A DNA stretch of 64,000 nucleotides from positions 15,815-79,814 of the forward strand of contig CAMPTO020000005.1 of the NCBI GenBank assembly GCA_946965045.2, given 5' to 3'. Position numbers and translations under genes: made by a program. The notes under the pieces were generated by a model, which saw only the letters and a list, made by a program, of their open reading frames with translations, ran no database searches and was not told the origin of the DNA. Below, piece by piece: positions 58,826-64,000 of the stretch; position 1 is the stretch's first letter, and the number at the start of each line of letters is the position of its first letter. This stretch comes from Epithemia pelagica. Lineage: Eukaryota > Protista > Bacillariophyta.

Positions 58826-61800
58826 CATCGATGTCCCAAACTTCCATGGACATGGAGCAAAGTCCGAATTTCGGTAGAGACACTTGGGGTATCATAGGCA
58901 TGGATGTCATAGGCTCTGAAATCATCTACCATGGACCAAAAGTCTTGTTGTTTACCATACCGGTGTGGCGTTACCGTTGTACCAAACTTCCATGGACACG
59001 GAGCAAAGACACCCTTCTATAACTTCAATCACTCCAAATTTCGGTAGAGTCACTTGGGGTATCACAGGAATGGACGTCATAGGCTTTGAACTCGTGCATC
59101 GCAGACCAAAAGTCTTGTTGTAGACCCTACCGGTGTCGCGTTGTCGATGTCCCAAACTTCCCTGGACATGGAGCAAAGACACCATTCTATAACTTGAATC
59201 GCTCCGAATTTCGGTAGAGACACTTGGGGTATTATAGGCATGGATATCATAGGCTCTGAACTCATCTACCATGGACCAAAAGTTTTGTCGTAGACCATAC
59301 CGGTGTGGCGTTGTCGATGTCCCAAACTTCCATGGACATGGAGCAAAGACACCCTTCTACAACTTGAATCACTCCAAATTTCGGTAGAGACACTTGGGGT
59401 ATCATAGGCATGGATATCATAGGCTCTGAACTCATCTACCATGGACTGAAAGTCTTGTTGTAGACCATACCGGTGTCGCGTTGTCGATTTCCCAAACTTC
59501 CATGGACATGGAGCAAAGACGCCCTTCTATAACTTGAATCGCTCCGAATTTCGGTAGAGACACTTGGGGTATCACAGGAATGGATGTCATAAGCTCTGAA
59601 CTCGTGTATCCCAGACCAAAAGTCTTGTTGTAGACCATACAAGTGTCGCGTTTTCGATGTCCCAAGCTTCCATGGACATGGAGCAAAGACACCCTTCTAT
59701 AACTTGAATCGCTAAAAATATTAGTAGAGACACTTGGGGTATCATAGACATGGATATCATAGGCTCTAAACTCGTGTATCGCAGACCAAAAGTCATGTTG
59801 TAGACCATACCAGTGTCGCGTTGTCGATGTCTCAAACTTCCATGGACATGGAGCAAAGACACCCTTCTATAACTTTGAATCGCTCCAAATTTCGGTAGAG
59901 TCACTTGGGGTATCATAGGCATGGATATCATAGGCTCTGAACTTGTCTATCGCGGACCAAAAGTCTTGTTGTAGACCATACCGGTGTGGCATTGTCGTTG
60001 TACCTAATTTCCATGGACATGGAGCAAAGACACCCTTCTATAACTTGAATCACTCCCAATTTCGGTAGAGACACTTGGGGTATCACAGGCATGGATGTCA
60101 TAGGCTCTGAACTTGTCTATCGCGGACCAAAAGTCTTGTTGTAGACCAAACCGGTGTGGCGTTGTAGTTGTACCAAATTTCCATGGACATGGAGCAAAGA
60201 CACCCTTCTACAACTTGAATCACTCCAAATTTCGGTAGAGTCACTTGGGGTATCACAGGAATGGACGTCATAGGCTTTGAACTCGTGCATCGCAGACCAA
60301 AAGTCTTGTTGTAGACCCTACCGGTGTCGCGTTGTCGATGTCCCAAACTTCCCTGGACATGGAGCAAAGACACCATTCTATAACTTGAATCGCTCCGAAT
60401 TTCGGTAGAGACACTTGGGGTATCATAGGCATGGATATCATAGGCTCTGAACTCATCTACCATGGACTGAAAGTCTTGTTGTAGACCATACCGGTGTCGC
60501 GTTGTCGTTGTACCTAATTTCCATGGACATGGAGCAAAGACACCCTTCTATAACTTGAATCACTCCCAATTTCGGTAGAGACACTTGGGGTATCATAGAC
60601 ATGGACGTCATAGGCTCTGAACTCATCTACCATGGACTGAAAGTCTTGTTGTAGACCATACCAGTGTCGCGTTGTCGATGTCTCAAACTTCCATGGACAT
60701 GGAGCAAAGACACCCTTCTATAACTTTGAATCGCTCCAAATTTCGGTAGAGTCACTTGGGGTATCATAGGCATGGATGTCATAGGCTCTGAACTTGTCTA
60801 TCGCGGACCAAAAGTCTTGTTGTAGACCATACCGGTGTGGCATTGTCGTTGTACCTAATTTCCATGGACATGGAGCAAAGACACCCTTCTATAACTTGAA
60901 TCACTCCCAATTTCGGTAGAGACACTTGGGGTATCATAGGCATGGATGTCATAGGCTCTGAACTTGTCTATCGCGGACCAAAAGTCTTGTTGTAGACCAA
61001 ACCGGTGTGGCGTTGTAGTTGTACCAAATTTCCATGGACATGGAGCAAAGACACCCTTCTACAACTTGAATCACTCCAAATTTCGGTAGAGTCACTTGGG
61101 GTATCACAGGAATGGACGTCATAGGCTTTGAACTCGTGCATCGCAGACCAAAAGTCTTGTTGTAGACCCTACCGGTGTCGCGTTGTCGATGTCCCAAACT
61201 TCCCTGGACATGGAGCAAAGACACCATTCTATAACTTGAATCGCTCCGAATTTCGGTAGAGACACTTGGGGTATCATAGGCATGGATATCATAGGCTCTG
61301 AACTCATCTACCATGGACTGAAAGTCTTGTTGTAGACCATACCGGTGTCGCGTTGTCGATTTCCCAAACTTCCATGGACATGGAGCAAAGACGCCCTTCT
61401 ATAACTTGAATCGCTCCGAATTTCGGTAGAGACACTTGGGGTATCATAGACATGGACGTCATAGGCTCTGAACTCATCTACCATGGACTGAAAGTCTTGT
61501 TGTAGACCATACCGGTGTCGCGTTGTCGATTTCCCAAACTTCCATGGACATGGAGCAAAGACGCCCTTCTATAACTTGAATCGCTCCGAATTTCGGTAGA
61601 GACACTTGGGGTATCACAGGAATGGACGTCATAGGCTTTGAACTCATCTACCATGGACTGAAAGTCTTGTTGTAGACCATACCAGTGTTGCGTTGTCGAT
61701 TTTCCAAACCATACCGGTGTGTCGTTGTTGTTGTACCAAGCTTCCATGGACATGGAGCAAAGACTCCGTTCTATAACTTGAATCACTCCCAATATCGGTA

Positions 61801-61855
61801 GAGACACTTGGGGTATCATAGGCATGGATATCACAGGCTCTGAACTCATCTACCA
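58826..61855. repeat. 170-bp tandem satellite array 2 (~18 monomers), same family and orientation as array 1
   Basis: Same monomer (CCATGGACATGGAGCAAAGAC...ACTTGGGGTATCATAGG...CATAGGCTCTGAACT). An 851-bp higher-order duplication is visible (60098/60949, 60268/61119). Has array-specific variants such as CATCTACCATGGACTGAAAG. Confidence 0.97.
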
Positions 61856-62818
61856 TGGTCTACAACAAGTCGCTGACAGAGACTCAGATGGTGATTTGCT
61901 CTCATTATTTGAAACAGTGAAAATGGTAGAACTTGTTGCACCATCACATTTACTGTCTGACGCTCGTTTACGGCGTTTCCTGTCTTGAGATCGTTGTTCA
62001 TGTCGCCCCTTTTGATACTCCTTCGTCTTTGTAGCGTATTCCCGTTCCGTCGTCTGGTAATATGAAATTAGAACCGCCAAATTGGAATAGTCGTTTGCGG
62101 GATACTTAGCAGCTCTTGGTATGTCAAAATAAGGACGAAACCAGCAATCAGGAAGTGTAAGGGCTAATGCTTTTTCAACATCGACTCCTTCCATTTCATA
62201 GGAGTCAGATTCCAATACCCGATAGACAGCTGCCATATGTTGAACGCTCCAAACCATTTCTCGGACTGGTATTGTTCTGTCTTTCCGAAACTTTGATCTA
62301 TCAGACGTCATGTAGTCCAATATTTTTGCAGCCACGACATTAAGCCGTCTCTCCATCGAATACAAGTTGAGGACAATATCAGCGAGCATAGGATGGGCTC
62401 CAAGAAAGACCTTGAGGGATCGAGTAAAGCTTGCGCTCGACTTTGATCTTGTCGTGAACGGGAATTCCTTGTCCCACAGACGAAGTGCGTCTCCATATAG
62501 AGTTTGTTCGAATAGGTCGATTCCTGGTGAAATAAAACTACCAGCTCCGTCACTCTTGTTTCCCTCTTGTTGTTCTTCGATCGTCTCTACAAGTCTCAGT
62601 ATCTTCGGGAAACAAACAGCAGCATGCGAGGCGATATCACTGAAAATACTTGATCCACAGCGCAAGAGGGATACGAATATGGTTTCACCTCCATATGTAG
62701 TGGAGAAATCTGTCCAATTATCAGTGTTGGAATAAACAGAACGATACCACTCGATTGTATATTCATAACATATCAAGTCTGGGAAATATCGATCGGAATC
62801 TTCTACCGAATCAGCCAT
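61850..62818 (-). CDS. Hypothetical protein (element cargo), basic C-terminal NLS-like tail
   Basis: Uninterrupted 322-aa ORF with no recognisable domain; RKRRKR near the C-terminus. The stop codon lies at the satellite junction. Confidence 0.55.
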   Translation of the reverse strand: MADSVEDSDRYFPDLICYEYTIEWYRSVYSNTDNWTDFSTTYGGETIFVSLLRCGSSIFSDIASHAAVCFPKILRLVETIEEQQEGNKSDGAGSFISPGIDLFEQTLYGDALRLWDKEFPFTTRSKSSASFTRSLKVFLGAHPMLADIVLNLYSMERRLNVVAAKILDYMTSDRSKFRKDRTIPVREMVWSVQHMAAVYRVLESDSYEMEGVDVEKALALTLPDCWFRPYFDIPRAAKYPANDYSNLAVLISYYQTTEREYATKTKEYQKGRHEQRSQDRKRRKRASDSKCDGATSSTIFTVSNNESKSPSESLSATCCRPW

Positions 62819-62934
62819 ATTAACGTGCGATTCAATCAGCTTGGGGAAGAAACAAGGAGAAATTTTCTTTCGATGCAGGGTTCCGATGCAACTTGATACT
62901 ACCGTTTCTCAAGCTTGCGTGATGGAAACCCTGG

Positions 62935-63520
62935 AGAGTATTGGTCGATAGGGATGGAGGAGTGAAGGATATGGGTGTACCAACTTGATGTCTCGGTCCT
63001 TCCAGTCAAGAATCAGTAGCAAATACAACAATCCAATAGGGTCTTGGTCGATAGAGATGGAAGAGGGAAGTATGGGGGCGCACCAACTTGGTGTCTCGGC
63101 CCTTCAACAGAACCACCAATCAAGATACAGCAATCCAATGGGGTCTTCTTGGTCGATGTAGATGAAGGAGGGAAGGAGAGGGGTGCACCAACTTGGTGTC
63201 TCGGCCCTTGTTCCAATCGGGAAGGAGTAGCAACACAGCAATCCAACAAGGTCTTGGTCGGTGGAGATGGAGGAGTGAAAATTGGGTGCACCAACTTGGT
63301 GTCTTGATCCTTGTTCCAATCGAGAAGGAGTGGCAACACAGCAATCCAACAGGGTCTTGGTTGATGGAGATGGAGGGGTGAAGGAAATGGGTGCACCAAC
63401 TTGGTGTCTCGGCCTCTGTTCCAATCGGGAAGGAGTAGCAACATGGCAATCCAACACGGTCTTGGTCGATGGAGGTGGAGGGGTGAAGGAAATGGGCGCA
63501 CCAACTTGGTGTCTTGGCCC
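62935..63520. repeat. ~105-bp tandem repeat, 6 copies, each with the palindrome CACCAA-C-TTGGTG
   Basis: Core at 62978 (variant), 63081, 63186, 63289, 63394 and 63499; spacing 103-105 bp. Confidence 0.9.
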
Positions 63521-64000
63521 TTAGGGTTAGGGTTAGGGTTAGGGTTAGGGTTAGGGTTAGGGTTAGGGTTAGGGTTAGGGTTAGGGTTAGGGTTAGGGTT
63601 AGGGTTAGGGTTAGGGTTAGGGTTAGGGTTAGGGTTAGGGTTAGGGTTAGGGTTAGGGTTAGGGTTAGGGTTAGGGTTAGGGTTAGGGTTAGGGTTAGGG
63701 TTAGGGTTAGGGTTAGGGTTAGGGTTAGGGTTAGGGTTAGGGTTAGGGTTAGGGTTAGGGTTAGGGTTAGGGTTAGGGTTAGGGTTAGGGTTAGGGTTAG
63801 GGTTAGGGTTAGGGTTAGGGTTAGGGTTAGGGTTAGGGTTAGGGTTAGGGTTAGGGTTAGGGTTAGGGTTAGGGTTAGGGTTAGGGTTAGGGTTAGGGTT
63901 AGGGTTAGGGTTAGGGTTAGGGTTAGGGTTAGGGTTAGGGTTAGGGTTAGGGTTAGGGTTAGGGTTAGGGTTAGGGTTAGGGTTAGGGTTAGGGTTAGGG
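63521..64000 (+). repeat. Telomeric (TTAGGG)n array
   Basis: 480 bp of TTAGGG repeats with no visible variants, running to the window end with the G-rich strand pointing outward. Confidence 0.99.

Larger units (their letters stand above)
49371..63520 (+). mobile_element. Element copy B: left portion of a large Plavaka-like DNA element, cut off by the telomere
   Basis: Starts with CTAAGGA exactly at the pol breakpoint. Subterminal GTGCA(T/G)ATGAGCAC x3 (49430, 49461, 49515). Contains a Plavaka-like transposase, accessory ORFs, satellite array 2 and ~105-bp repeats. Confidence 0.65.

Noticed and set aside
63013-63524. ORFs over the ~105-bp repeats
   Set aside because: Repeat-derived, open in several frames on both strands, with no domain signal.
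63518-63524. CCTTAG at the telomere junction as the right terminal repeat of element B
   Set aside because: It is a chimera of the repeat's GGCCCTT and telomeric AGGG; the subterminal region seen in copy A is missing.
1-64000. tRNA, rRNA or other structured RNA genes
   Set aside because: None recognisable by eye; a covariance-model scan would be needed to exclude them.

Overview
This window is the right-hand end of a eukaryotic chromosome, closed by about 80 TTAGGG repeats (63521-64000). It is most likely a diatom or related stramenopile; this is inferred from GTACG-type intron donors, a silaffin/cingulin-like Lys-Gly protein and the retroelement style. Three zones are visible. (1) 1-23.9 kb: a tandem cluster of five intronless stand-alone kelch genes whose loop positions are hypervariable, interleaved with decayed gene remnants, plus one intact and one decayed LRR(-TIR) gene. 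(2) 24-32 kb: ordinary genes (SEC14/CRAL-TRIO lipid-transfer protein, secreted Lys/Gly/Pro/Tyr/Asp-rich repeat protein, MIP aquaglyceroporin). (3) 32.9-63.5 kb: a nested transposon complex. A Ty3/Gypsy element is interrupted twice, once in gag and once in RNase H, by what look like two partial copies of one large DNA element with 7-bp inverted termini CTAAGGA...TCCTTAG. Between them the two copies carry a Plavaka-like transposase, a TET/JBP-like 2OG-Fe(II) dioxygenase, paralogous Cys-rich ORFs, 170-bp satellite arrays with higher-order structure and palindrome-containing ~105-bp repeats. The telomere is joined directly inside the second copy. All family assignments come from motif recognition by eye; no database searches were run.
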